Assembly (NCBI GenBank): GCA_951406725.2
Contig: OX597826.1
Coordinates: 64,914,001 to 64,978,000 of the forward strand
Reading direction: 5' to 3'
DNA length: 64,000 nucleotides
Origin: Octopus vulgaris
Taxonomy: Eukaryota
Position numbers and translations under genes: made by a program. The notes under the pieces were generated by a model. It was not told the origin of the DNA, searched no databases, and saw only the letters and a list, made by a program, of their open reading frames with translations. How positions within the stretch are numbered: the stretch's first letter is position 1; every line of letters begins with the position of its first letter. This document shows, one piece after another, positions 1-12,233 of this stretch.

Positions 1-1985
1 GGATGTTAAACGATGATGATGATGGGCTTCTTTCAGTTTTTGTCTACCAAATCTACTCACAGGCTTTGGTCAGCCCAGGGTTATCGTAAAAGATGACACA
101 CAGTGAGACTGAACTCAAAACCACATAGTTGGGAAGCAAACTTCTTAATCATCAGTTTGAAAGTTTGTACTGAGGCCAAAATGTATGTTTTGTAATGTGA
201 AAATAGTTGCTCCATCTACAATGCCTGACAGATATTTTAGACTTTTCAAAGAGTCAACGTCTGTAATAAGCAGTGTTGTGTTAACTTCAGTAGTTTGACA
301 AGAACTAATGATATTTGCAGGAATAATTGTCATTTGATACACTTAATGTAACTTTCAATTCTCAGAGAATATAGAAAGAAACCACTTGAAATGTTTTAGT
401 ATATATGCACTGAAATCATTTGAAAGCTTTCTCGACAATTCCAGTTCCTTTAAGTTAATTATACATATTCAGTTCCTTGTAGTGATATATGACATTTATA
501 AGAAAAAAAAAATTATATTGTACTGAAACATAATGGACTGATATTAACTGCAAAATCTGTCAGTACCAAATAAGTTACATAGATGAAACATTTGAAAATA
601 ATAATGCTAAAGATTAAATTTGGTTTCTCAAAAGAGTGGCTGTTAATTATAGATGTTCTCAGTATAATTTTGAAACTAAGACATTACAATGCAGTATTGT
701 ACTATGGAATGTAATAGTTTACACAATATTGAATAAAATCTCTCTATATATCCTACAGTACAAATTAGCACCAGAACACACATTGTTAAATCGCCAGTAA
801 TTTATTAACCGAACTAGCTGTCAAGAATGTATTAAACATTCAACCCTTTTCATACTAACGTGCCTGAAACCACTTTTGGTTCTATGTTATAAATTTCCTG
901 TTTTAAAAGCAACTAAATTAGATCTTCCATCAAAAATTTTGTCGTAGTTTATGTTCCCGATACCAGATTAATAATGACAAAATTTACTGAAACAAAGGCT
1001 GTGTATTTCAACAAGAAAGTAATAACAAGAAGAGTTAAATCAGTCTATCCAATTTATTAAGCCTTTAATAATAGTGGGTTTATAAGCAATATCAATATGG
1101 ATAGTTAAAGTCAACACTCAGTTGCTGATGAAACTAACTTGATTGATCATATTCTAACCACAAAGATATTCTAGTGTATACAAGACTATTATATATGGTA
1201 TAGGCTAAACATATAATACAGTTATAATCTATTGTCCCATTCACAAGAATGGTGATTTCTGAGGTTCAATCCCACTGCACAGTACACCTTGGGCAATTGT
1301 CTTCTACTACAGCCTTGGGCCAACTAATGCTTTGTATATGAAATTGTTAAAAATTCTTAGAGAAGCAAGTCTATCATTTTAATGTTAACTTTTCCATGCT
1401 CGCATAGGCCAGACAGGATTTCCTGCAGTAAATTATCTACAGTAGGATGCCCTTCCTGTCACAAACCCTCACTGTATCCAATTAGTCCATTAGTCTGGAC
1501 GTTTCTGTGGGAGATTGCAAACAGCACCACCGTTTGTATGACAGTAATACTTGTCTGCAATTAGTATGCATTGTCGAGACATAGGAGACATAAATACATA
1601 CACATCAATATGTACATGCACGCACACACCTATATATCTATACACACAATGGGGCTTCTTTTCAGTTTCTGTTTACCAAATTCCTTTACAAGGCAGTTGG
1701 CTCAGGGATGTAATAGAACACATTTGCCTATCGGTACAATGCAGTATGATGGAGCTGAAAATCACATGGCCACAAAACACACAGAAGTACCTGCACCATT
1801 TTTTTGTGTGTGCATATTTATATGTATGTTTTAACATTCACTTTTGTATGCTTGCTAAGGTCAGACAATCTAGTTGATATTTTTTGATGTTAAAAAAGAC
1901 TTTTATTTTTGAAGGGGATTTTCAGTTTTTTTTCTTCTTTTTATGCAAACTGTCGACTTTAGCCCTAACACCCTGTGTGTGTGTA

Positions 1986-2812
1986 TCATCATCATCGTTT
2001 AATGTCCACTTGCCATGCTAGCACGGGTTGGACGATTTGACTGAGGACTGGCGAACCAGTTGGCTGCACCAGACGCCAATCCGATCTGGCAGAGTTTCTA
2101 CAGCTGGATGCCCGTCCTAACACCAACCACTCCAAGAGTGTAGCGGGTGCTTTTACATGCCACCGGCACAAGGACCAGTCAGTTGGTACTAACAACAGCC
2201 ACACTTAAATGGTGTTTTTTACGTGCCACCTGCACGGAAGCCAGTTCAGCAGCACTGGCAACAACTTTGCTCAAATGTTTTTTCATGTGCCACCAGCACA
2301 AATGCCAGTAAAGCGACGCTAGTAACGATCATGCTTGAATAGTACTTTTTACGTGCCACTGGCATGGAAGCCAGTTAGCTTCTCTGGCAACGATCACACT
2401 TGGATGGTGCTCCACTAGCACAGATGCCAGTCATCGAATTTGATTTCGATTTCACTTGCCTCAACAGGTCTTCACAAGCAGAGTTTAGTGTCCAATGAAG
2501 GAAAGGTATGCATAAGTGGGCTGGTTACACTCCTGGCATAGGCCACGAGGTTATGGTCTCACTTGGCTTGCCGGATCTTCTCAAATACAGCATATTTCCA
2601 AAGGTCTTGGTCACTAGTCATTGCCTCGGTGAGGCCTAATGTTCGAAGTCATGCTTCACCACTTCATCCCAGGTCTTCCTGGGTCTACCTCTTCCACAGG
2701 TTCCCTCAACCGCTAGGGTGTGGCACTTTTTCACACAGCTATCCTCATCCATTCCCGCCACATGACCATACCAGCGCAGTCGTCTCTCTTACACACCACA
2801 TCTGATGCATCT
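1986..2812 (-). mobile_element. 5'-truncated RTE-clade LINE (ORF C-terminus, repeat-containing 3' UTR, (GAT)n tail)
   Basis: Minus strand encodes RRLRWYGHVAGMDEDSCVKKCHTLAVEGTCGRGRPRKTWDEVVKHD. It is followed by ~60 bp degenerate tandem units and a gatgatgat tail. Confidence 0.85.
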
Positions 2813-4870
2813 TAGATTCAACTTTTTTCAGAAAGTTAGCTCCAAGCAATCCATAGTAAATATATAAAAAACAACTTTCAGGAACAAATATATATATATA
2901 ATGCATTATTCCGTGATAGAAAATTCAACAAAAAAGGTACTCCATCTGCTGAGAAATATATGGGCTTTTTTCAGCTTGTCTACCAAATTCACTTATAAAG
3001 CTTTATATGTGTGTGTGTGTGTGTACGTACATGCGTGTCTTTGTCTCATATCCACCGCTTAACAACCTGTGTAAACACATACCCGTAACTAGGAGGTTCG
3101 GTAAAAGAAACCAATAGAATATGTGCGAAGCTTAAAAAAAGGTGCTGGGATCGATTTGTTAAACATTTTGCATGGTAGTGCCCCAGCATGGCCACGGTCT
3201 AAGACTGAAACAAGTAAAAGATACAGATAGAGAGAGAGAGAGAGACAAACGCACAAACTTATATATTAGGCATACATACGCAAGTGTCCCTCCCAACACC
3301 GACTTTGTTTCCTCATAACTTTCAGGAAAATACATATTTTATAAAATTTTATACAATTACTTTTCATATACTGTAGATACCAATTATAACAGGATTTGTT
3401 GTGAAAAATATCTTTGAAGCTGGAGAGGGGAATTTTTGCATAATTCGCCCGAATCAACTTTTAGAAAAATGGGTATTTTTTGATAAAATTTTCTACAAAT
3501 ATTTTTCAGTCAATACGCATTTCTGTGTACTAAAATACACTTAAAAACATTGGTCAATCCGAAACTACAATAAAAGACACATTCCCAGAGTGTCACGCAG
3601 TGGGACTGAACTCAGAACCACGTGGTTGCGAAGTGAACGTCTTAATCACGTAGTCATATCTGTACCTGCAGATATGTGTTAGATTATACAAACTAATTAG
3701 TGAAAATAATAATAACTCAACGAAATATGTACCAAAACTGAAACGAATTGACCGCAGTTATGCTACTGAAAATTAAGGGAAGGGTACGATTAAAATCCTT
3801 TGAAAGGCGTGCCCCAGCATGAAACAGTAAAAGAATATATTGCAGAAAATAACTGAATATTAATTTTCTTAATCAGTACAGCGTATAATTTAACAAAGCT
3901 AACGAGATGGTTTCATGTTTGCCGATGCTATTGTATCCATGGCTGAGATGAAGAATACGTACACCACCCGTTTTTGGCGTGACCCTAAAACCAAACCCCT
4001 AAACACCGGGTGTGCGTATTCTTTAGCTTCGCCTGTACACATATATTCATCTCTCACAAAGTTGTAGTGTTGACTTTGTATATCGTTTAGTTCATCGACT
4101 TCGAATGAATGAAAGATAAGTAGATCTCGGCGGGTCGTAGATTCAGAATACAGAAGAACGGATTTAAAGACGTGTTCCTATATCTGTCGTGCAGTTTGTA
4201 TTGGTCACGTTTAAAATTCTTGTCGGAGAAGTAATTAATTATGTGGTGTAACATGTGTAAGCTATAAAACTAAGTCATGTGTATGTATGATAAAGCGTCT
4301 TCCACTGCAACATAACATGTGATATCATCATACCATAGTAGTTTACGAGCCAGCGACGGGAATCTATTAATGATCGTGTGACGTGGTAGAAATAATAACC
4401 AAATCTCCTTAAAAATTACCGTTATAAAACCAAATTACATGAGATAATTTAGTTCGGAATACACTATGCCTGAAAACAAGAGGAGCATGACGACCATAGC
4501 TGAAATGGTTTTGATCATAGATCTTTTATCAGGACCGATCTGGGACTAAACAATAACAGCAGGATAATAGTTTATGATATATCTCCATAATATATACACT
4601 AGTGATTCAACATTGAAGTATTGATGAGGAAAAAAGCTGATGTGACAACGAAATGATGACGGTTATTTTAATATTCTGCCGAATGCCGTAAATGTTACAA
4701 AAGAGAAACTAAAACCGATGACAAACGTTACTAATTAAGCAAACTACGGCACAGTTGTACTTTAAACTAAGTTTAATATTTACTTCAACTACTGTTTTAT
4801 GATTACTTATCAACATCACACGCACAGATGCTGTGTAACTTGGTTTAATTAGCGAAAGACAAGCACTCAC

Positions 4871-4930
4871 CATTGTTGTTATTCAACTTTCTGCACATTC
4901 ACGCTATAGCAATGGCAACATTTCCTCTTC
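4871..4930 (-). other. Putative first exon of a divergently transcribed gene
   Basis: Minus strand reads ...aataacaacaATG|GTGAGTG, a start codon followed directly by a consensus donor. An alternative ATG at 4898 gives MCRKLNNNN(G). No downstream exon identified. Confidence 0.45.
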
Positions 4931-4982
4931 CGGTTATGTAGAGCACGTGACTGAAGGTGGGCGGAGTTAAGTCCAATTGGGC
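4920..4982. promoter_or_regulatory. Candidate bidirectional proximal promoter
   Basis: Within 55 bp: ETS-type TTCCGG (4928-4933), E-box CACGTGAC (4944-4951), GC box GGGCGGAG (4959-4966) and palindromic CCAATTGG (4973-4980). It lies in repeat-poor DNA between two oppositely oriented first-exon candidates. Confidence 0.6.
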
Positions 4983-5652
4983 AAACATGAGTTTGAACAA
5001 CTTTCAGATTCCAGTAGCTCGTTTCTTTTTCTACCTGAATACGGGAAATAATTTTTTTGAATGAATTCCATTCTAAGAAATGACTGTATTTATCAAAAGA
5101 AATTTTATCTTAATTTTTTTTTATTTAGTGTAACTAACCGAGGTTAATGTTTACATGGAAAAGAAAAAAAACTAATTCAAAATTATTTTCAAGGGAGTGT
5201 GATTAATTGAAGTAATTCTCAGCCAAACTTAAAAAGTTTGGACACAACTTTTCTTTTCTATGAAAGACCATTTAAAAGAGAAAAATCTGACCTAGACTGT
5301 AGTCGATGGATGATAACATTATGTTCCAGCATTCTCATATTTTATAACGAAAAAAAAAAGAAAAAGATTTTTTTCTAACCACCTGCGTGTCCTCGAAAGG
5401 AAGAAAAGAAGACTTTCCACTAACAAGTGGTTGAAAATGGTGACCTTTTGATATCTCACATTCTGGGAATATTTCATATGAATTCCATATTAATGAATTT
5501 TACTAAAAAGGAAAACAGGAAAATATAATTATCGCAGTAATAATAACTCTCCAAAGAGTTACAACTTTAAGTTTACCTCTTTTTTTTTTTTGATTGAATA
5601 ATTCATTCCAATTGATGTTTAATGCGTTTTATCTGGACATTGGTCATACAAA

Positions 5653-5773
5653 ATGTGTCGCCTCCAACCATACACTACCTCATGGAATTTATTATACACT
5701 AGGATCTCTTATTTTACAACGTGTCTCTTGATTTTACCGCTAGCTTCTGCACTTTGGTCTAACGGTAATAAAG
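5653..5773 (+). CDS. VEGFR: VEGFR/PVR-like receptor, first coding exon (signal peptide)
   Basis: aaaATG starts MCRLQPYTTSWNLLYTRISYFTTCLLILPLASALWSNGNK, with a hydrophobic core and an A-S-A cleavage-like site. It ends in phase 1 at a canonical G|GTAAGT donor, matching the phase-1 acceptor at 53397. The link across 47.6 kb is inferred. Confidence 0.72.
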
Positions 5774-8247
5774 GTAAGTGAAAGAAGCTATTATTTTTAT
5801 CATCATCATCATCATCATCATCATCGTCGTCATCATTAGTTTACGTCCAGTAATGTTCTAAGTTCAAATCCTGCCGAAGTCATTTTCTCGTTAAATCTTT
5901 CGGAGTCGCTATTAGTACTGGATCGATTTAATCGATTATACTCTTCCCCAAATTTTTGGTTCTTATGCAAATGTTAGAAATCGTTATTATCGTTAAGATA
6001 GAAGAAGATTGGCAGAAATCGATAGAGTTTGCTTCCCGTCTCTCTACACTCTGAGTTGAAATACTACCGAGATTAAATTCATCTTTTGTCCTGCCAGGGT
6101 CGATAGAATTAATGATCAGTCAAGTTTTGAGATCCGTACAATAGACTGTTCTGCTCCCACTAAATGTGTAGCCGTTTGCTTAGGTTGGAAACCAAAACCA
6201 GAGAACAGCTGGAAGGGGCACTAGCCCTTGGGAGTAGGATAATTTTTGGATCTGAGAGGGGAGACCTTACTGGCATGTCTCATTTTATTCCTTTTAAATA
6301 CCTTCGTTTTCCATGCCTATTCTTTTTTGGTAATTTGAACCTTGGCATTTAACAAGTATGCGAGTCAAGGCGAAAGATCGCCTGAATCTTCGAGAGCCCA
6401 CACCGTTTTCGTAATTATTTCTTGTAATGTCCCGCATCCATCGCCCTTGTGGCAATAATAAAGACGTTCTTTACCTTCAAGAGTCCGAAACCCGCCTAAA
6501 TCGACTTTACCTTTCGTCCTTTCGGGGTCGATAAATCAAGTACCAATTGAGCACTGATCGACTATCCCCCCTCCCCACAAATTCTAGGCCATGTGTCTAG
6601 AGTAGAAAGGGCGAAAAGAAATTCTTATTACAAGTGCTATGAAGTGGCAGAATCTGTCGCATCATGCTTAATGACATTCTGACGCATTCCTTTACGCTCT
6701 TAAGTTCAAATCCCGCCCAGGTCTACTTGGATTAAACTCGATGTCCTCTCCGCCGCCACCACTACAATCACCAAAATTGGGTGGAAATAATGCACAGTCT
6801 TGTGCCTTAGCTAGTAAACTGTTATTTACTGAGGTATGTGCAATCTACTATATTTACTAGCAACATAATTAGAAGCGACTTCGACTAAGAATGAAATCGC
6901 GTTGTTTCTAAGCTAATTCCTAGCTAATGCAGGGCTCAGCATGTCTATCTAAAATCAGTATTTTGATTAAACACAAGGTGAGAGTTTTGTATGGGATAAT
7001 AACAGTCGATTTTATCGATATTGTTTATTATAGGTACTTACTAAACGCGGTTTTAATTCATTTCGATCCTATGGTATTCAAAAAATGTAGTCAGCATTCT
7101 ACCATCTGAACGTCACCACCCTGGTATCAATAGTGATGATTTCATTATTTTCCACAATGGAACATTAATACAAAATATAGCCACTGTTGATGGTGGACAT
7201 ATATAAGTGTTATTTTTATACGACATCAGCTTTATTTTTAATCCTTTCTATTTACAGAAAGAGTGTATTTTATGCTTGGGTAAACATTCTCGTGGGACCC
7301 TGCAAATACGAGCATACAAGAGAACATCTATGTGGTCGTTCGACCCACTAGAAAAAGCAGCCAAATCTCCAAAATCACACCTTGCCGTCTAAATAAGGGA
7401 TACATTGGATTATAAGTGTCCGGATTCGCTGCAAATAGTAAGAAGTATTCCAGTCGTGACCTGGAATACTTTTAATTATATGTCTGCTTCACCAGGGATG
7501 ATCGGGAGCTGAACAACAAGGCATAACTACAGATTGGCGCCCCTCTCTGTCTTCGATCTTGTTTGCCCATAATGTTATGAAAAATGCTTATTCATAAATG
7601 AAATTTTGCTGGTATATGTTATCGAGCGTGTAGATTATGTATGTACTCATAAAATTTAGGGAAAAGAAAAATTTTCCCGTGGAGTTTCAGATCAAATTCC
7701 TCGACGACCTCCCCCTCCTGGTATTTTCACTTTTTTTTTTTTTTTTTTCAAATTTATGTATTTGAAACGTCAACACTACGAAATTTAAACTCTCATAAAC
7801 CTATCTCTGCAAAGTTCAATCTAAAAATATGCATCTTCAAGAATTCTAAGGAAGCCAAGTTGAATGGGAGAGCTGACTGATCAAAAACTATTTCAAAAAT
7901 TTTTTGAAGTTGTCTGTATAATCGTACATTACAACCTCACAACGTACTCTACATAATGATCATACATTTCTCAGAAAGTTATGAGGAAACAACGAGGTCA
8001 CCTGTGCGACACAAACCATGATTATGCCAACAATAGCAACAACAGGTCTAAAGATAACTCATAAAGCCTGCCTTTCACAGGCAAAAATTAACTGCTTACA
8101 CACGCTCTTTAAGAGATTTGTGTATGTATATATATATTTGTGTGTGTGTATATATATATTTGTATAAACCATTGAGTTCTCTCGGAATCCCACTTCTCTT
8201 AATCATTTAATAAAATTCTTAGTATATTAGGTATATGTGCGCTTGTG

Positions 8248-8284
<37 letters not shown>

Positions 8285-8301
8285 GAAGGGCTGAATGTGT
8301 G

Positions 8302-8340
<39 letters not shown>

Positions 8341-8902
8341 GTGTGTGTGTATGCGCACGTGTTTATATGTGTGTGTATATCTTTGTTTTTGTCCCCCATA
8401 CCGCTTGACAACAGGTGTTCGTGTGTTTACGTCCCCGTAAATTAGCGGTTCGGCAAAAGAAATATATATACACACACACACATACACAGTATCATATTTT
8501 ACTTGTTTCAGTCTTTAAACTGCGGCCATGCTTGGACACCACCTTAAAGAGATTTTAGTTGGACGATCGACCCCCAGTATTGTTTTTTAAAGCCTAGTAC
8601 TTATTCTATCGGTTCGTTTTGCCGAACCACTAAGTTACACCGGTTGTCAAATGGCGAAAGGAGGGGGACAAAGACGCACATTAACACATGCGCGCACACA
8701 AATACTTAATATTTTGGACTAATGGGTATATGTCGATTAGTATAGTGAAGTGTTTAGTAGAGCACTGGTACAGTTTGGGTACCTGGTGTCATCCGCAGTC
8801 GGGGTATATTTCCGTTAGATCTACTTCCGAAACTCCACAGTGTTAGTTAAGATAGTAATAATAATTTCTTAATTATTATGTGTAGGAATGGGTGTGTGCA
8901 TA

Positions 8903-9073
8903 TGCGTAGGAGTGGCTGTGTGTTATGTAGCTTGCTTACGAACCACATGGTTCCGGGTTCAGTCCCACTTCGTGGCACCTTGGGTAAGTGTCTTCTACTA
9001 TAGCTTCGGGCAGACCAAAGCCTTGTGAATGGATTTGGTAGACGGAAATTGAAAGAAGCCCGTCGTGTATATC

Positions 9074-9110
<37 letters not shown>

Positions 9111-9280
9111 CACCCCCCCCCAACATCGCTTGACAACCGATGCTGATGTGTTTACACCCCCGTAAAATTAGTGGTTCGGCAAAAGGGGCCGATAGAATAA
9201 GTACTAGGCTTACAAAGAATAAGTCCTGAAGGCGGTGCTCCAGCATGGCCACAGTCACATGACTGAAACAAGTAAAAGAG
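8903..9280 (+). mobile_element. tRNA-derived SINE family A with internal (TA/TG)n
   Basis: A/B-box-like head (tggctgtgtg...ggttcagtccc), ccttgggcaagtg-like core, central microsatellite, and a 3' tail ending tgaaacaagtaaaagag. About 20 copies in the window. Confidence 0.85.
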
Positions 9281-9317
9281 TAAGGAGAAGATGGATTTGG
9301 TATCAATCTTTATTTTA

Positions 9318-9421
9318 GTACAATGGTCGTTTCCACCCATCCTGCAACTGTCCCTTACAGGTGGGACTCCTTTCAACGTATTGTGTTGCATCAGTTTTGC
9401 AGTCTGGGTCTCATCAGGTAC
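9318..9421 (-). ncRNA. Type I hammerhead-ribozyme-like motif with long branched stem II
   Basis: GTAC-CTGATGA-G-ACCCA...TGGGT-G-GAA-ACGACCAT-T-GTAC. One mismatch in stem III. Followed by AATAAA. Confidence 0.65.
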
Positions 9422-9696
9422 ATCCATACATAAATTTATTTTCTTGCTAAAGATCCTGAGTTTTGGTTGTCATGTTGCTGTATGCCCATCTGGTTAGGGT
9501 ATGAAACATTGCTGCAATTTTCAATTATTATTATCTTCCTATAATAAGAGTTGCAAACACTTGGAAATATAGACAAATAATTGTTGATAAAAAAAAAAAT
9601 TTGTAGGGTAGGTTAATAGATGGACAGGGATGGATTGAGTTACATTGGGTTTAAGACAGGGGAATGGTACTAGAAGAAGAAAGGGAGAGATATATA

Positions 9697-10110
9697 TGCG
9701 CAGGAGTGGCTGTGTGGTAAGTAGCTTGCTAACCAACCACATGGTTCCGGGTTCAGTCCCACTGCATGGCATCTTGGGCAAGTGTCTTCTGCTATAGCCC
9801 TGGGCCGACCAATGCCTCGTGAGTGGATTTGGTAGACGGAAACTGAAAGAAGCCTGTTGTATATATCGATATATATGTATATGTATGTGTGTGTTTATGT
9901 GTCTGTGTTTGTCCCCCTAGCATTGCTTGACAACCGATGCTGGTGTGTTTATGTCCCCGTCACTTAGCGGTTCGGCAAAAGAGACCGATAGAATAAGTAC
10001 TGGGCTTACAAAAAGAATAAGTCCCGGGGTCGATTTGCTCGACTAAAGGTGGTGCTCCAGCATGGCCGCAGTCAAAATGACTGAAACAAGTAAAAGCTTA
10101 AAAAGAGAGT
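9697..10110 (+). mobile_element. SINE family A, full length
   Basis: Same head, core, microsatellite and tail. Nested within the 9285-10230 element. Confidence 0.88.
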
Positions 10111-10263
10111 ATGCAAGTTGTGATGTCGAGGGGATGAAAGGTTGTTTAACTAGCTGGCTTAGATCAGGATGCATATGCACACACACTTTCGCTCGTACAA
10201 AATAAAGATTGATACCAAATCCATCTTCTCGTTATTTAAGAAATTATTATATATATATAATAT

Positions 10264-10465
10264 ATGGCCTAGTGGTTAGGGCAGCGGACTCGCGGTCGCA
10301 GGATCGCGGTTTCGATTCTCAGACCGGGCGTTGTGTGTGTTTATTGAGCGAAAACACCTAAAAGCTCTACGAGGCTCCGGCAGGGGGTGGTGATCCCTGC
10401 TGTACTCTTTCACCACAATGGCGGTGCCCCAGCATGGCCACAGCTCAAGAGCTGAAACTGGAAAA
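10264..10465 (+). mobile_element. tRNA-derived SINE family C (short tail)
   Basis: A box TGGCCTAGTGG and B box GTTTCGATTC. Head is shared with 47621-47923 and 52536-52917. Confidence 0.8.
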
Positions 10466-10490
10466 ACAAAAACAAAAAAACAAAAAAAAT

Positions 10491-10701
10491 ATTATAGTGG
10501 GGTGGGCCAGTTTATGGGGTTACCCTAGGTTTCTTGCTCATAAGGCGTATCTGCAGACCCCAAACACTGCTGGCCAAAGACCTCTTTAAAATATTTTGAA
10601 GAGGTCTCAAGCCAGCAGCGTTCAGGGTCTGGAGATACGCCATAAGGTGTATGAGCAAGAAACCCAGGGTGACCCCATAAACCGCCCTGCCCCACTATAA
10701 T
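10491..10701. mobile_element. Fold-back (palindromic) MITE
   Basis: Arms attatagtggggtggg.../...ccctgccccactataat are complementary along nearly the whole ~210 bp, centred on aaaatatttt. Confidence 0.8.
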
Positions 10702-11035
10702 ATTAATAGCCCTACATCTTGGAGTGTTCTCCTCCTCCGGATTTATGTATTTTGACAAACGAAGCTATATATATATATATGTATGATGGGCTTCTTTCAG
10801 TTTTCATCTTCCAAATCCACTCACAAGGCTTTGGTTGGCCCAAGATTATAATGGAAGACACTAGCCTAAAGTACCACACAATGGAACTGAACCCAAAGTT
10901 GCGGTTGGGAAGCAAACTTTTTATACGCAGTTACATAAATATAATGTGTCAAAAACATGCACATGTATATATAAATAGATGTGTGTATGTATCTATATAT
11001 ATATATAATTTGAAACTGACTTGAAAATCGGAAAT

Positions 11036-11078
11036 CCACCTGAAGATTGTCGATCAAGACATGAAACAATTGTAGTGG
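11036..11078 (+). ncRNA. Minimal type I hammerhead ribozyme (Penelope-like type)
   Basis: CCAC-CTGAAGA-T-TGTC(gatcaa)GACA-T-GAA-ACAATTGT(palindrome)-A-GTGG. Core intact with a GUA cleavage triplet. Lies in a ~160 bp island between (TA)n runs. Confidence 0.72.
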
Positions 11079-11272
11079 CGGTTTTTTTACTTTTTATTAA
11101 AATTTTATGTATTGATTAAGTCTTTCCTTGTTTGTTTTGCAAAATAGTGGTTTTGTCTCTAATTAATATTATATATATATATATATATATAGAACAATCT
11201 TACTTAGAAATGGATGCGTGCATTCCGTCATATAATAAATTAATAAATAAAACATATGCATATATATATACA

Positions 11273-11645
11273 CTAGCAGTATCGCCCGGCGTTGCTCAGG
11301 TTTGTAAGGGAAATAACTATAAAGCATTTTTAGAGAGTTATAGCCAAAAAATAGCAAAAAATGGAAAAAAATGATGGTAATTTTTTTTTAGTTAAAAATG
11401 GTGGAGTTGCGTCCCCTAGACAGTTTGTGTTTCTGATTCTGGACCCCATGTCGAATTTATCGATTTTTTTCAGAACTGGGGGAACTTTTCAAAATTTTCG
11501 CTGCTTTAGTTTTGAATTATGACATTGGGCTATGTGTGTGTCAAGTTTCATCAGAATCGGTTGAAAGCCGTGGTCAGGGTGAAGGTACAAGCAAACAGAC
11601 ACACAGAAACACGCACAGACAAACTGCCGTTTATATATAGAGAGA
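11273..11645 (-). mobile_element. Non-autonomous Helitron
   Basis: Minus strand runs 5'-TC...CTAG-3' between A and T, with a GC-rich subterminal segment and (CTGT)-like repeats near the 5' end. Confidence 0.78.
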
Positions 11646-12175
11646 TATATGTACGTACCTACCTCTACATGTATATATACATGCATATATGGGTACAGGA
11701 CACCAAAAAAACGTCGAACACAATGAGAAACGAAAACATAAACACAAAACCAAGGAACTGGACATTTTTCTTAAACAACAAAAATAGAGTACAGAACAAA
11801 TAACACAAGGAAAATTCCCATTCTTCAGTCGCCATGGTTTCATCTACTCTGCGTTTCGAAGGTGAAGATATATATATACTCATTACAGATATAGGGTAAA
11901 GAATTATCAATTTAATAATTAATAATAAATTTTACCAAGTAGTTTCAGTATTGGAAAAAAAACCATTATCAGTAAAAACTTGTACAAAAAGTTTTTTTTA
12001 TATATAATTAAGGGTTTAGCAACAAGTTGCTTCACCACGTACTGAAAATTTAGAAATAGCAGCCAAAGACAGCTAATTCATTTTCACTACAGGTATAACT
12101 CCACAGATAACACTATTTGTAACTCACATAGGCAAAAAGAAGGAAAAAATAATTAAATCAAACAGTCTTCATTTA

Positions 12176-12233
12176 ATTATGAACGCGTTTCTGGATTAGA
12201 ATTATAAAAATTCATTTCCTTCATCAACATGAT
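12176..12233 (-). ncRNA. Minimal hammerhead-like motif (U3 variant or decayed)
   Basis: ATCATG-TTGATGA-A-GGA...GAATT(tttat)AATTC...TCC-A-GAA-ACGCGT(palindrome)-T-CATAAT. Confidence 0.55.

Noticed and set aside
145-342. 65-aa minus-strand ORF as exon 2 of the divergent gene
   Set aside because: No recognisable motif or convincing donor site. The nearest acceptor hits a stop in the phase required by the ATG-only exon.
10264-10330. tRNA-like sequences (also 25741-25810, 47850-47923, 52536-52605)
   Set aside because: They are SINE heads that run into repeat bodies and lack a proper acceptor stem and terminator.
11800-11870. Minus-strand CGAAACGC...CTGAAGA in a TA-flanked island
   Set aside because: Core elements are present, but I could not build consistent stems in any hammerhead topology. 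At most a truncated relic.
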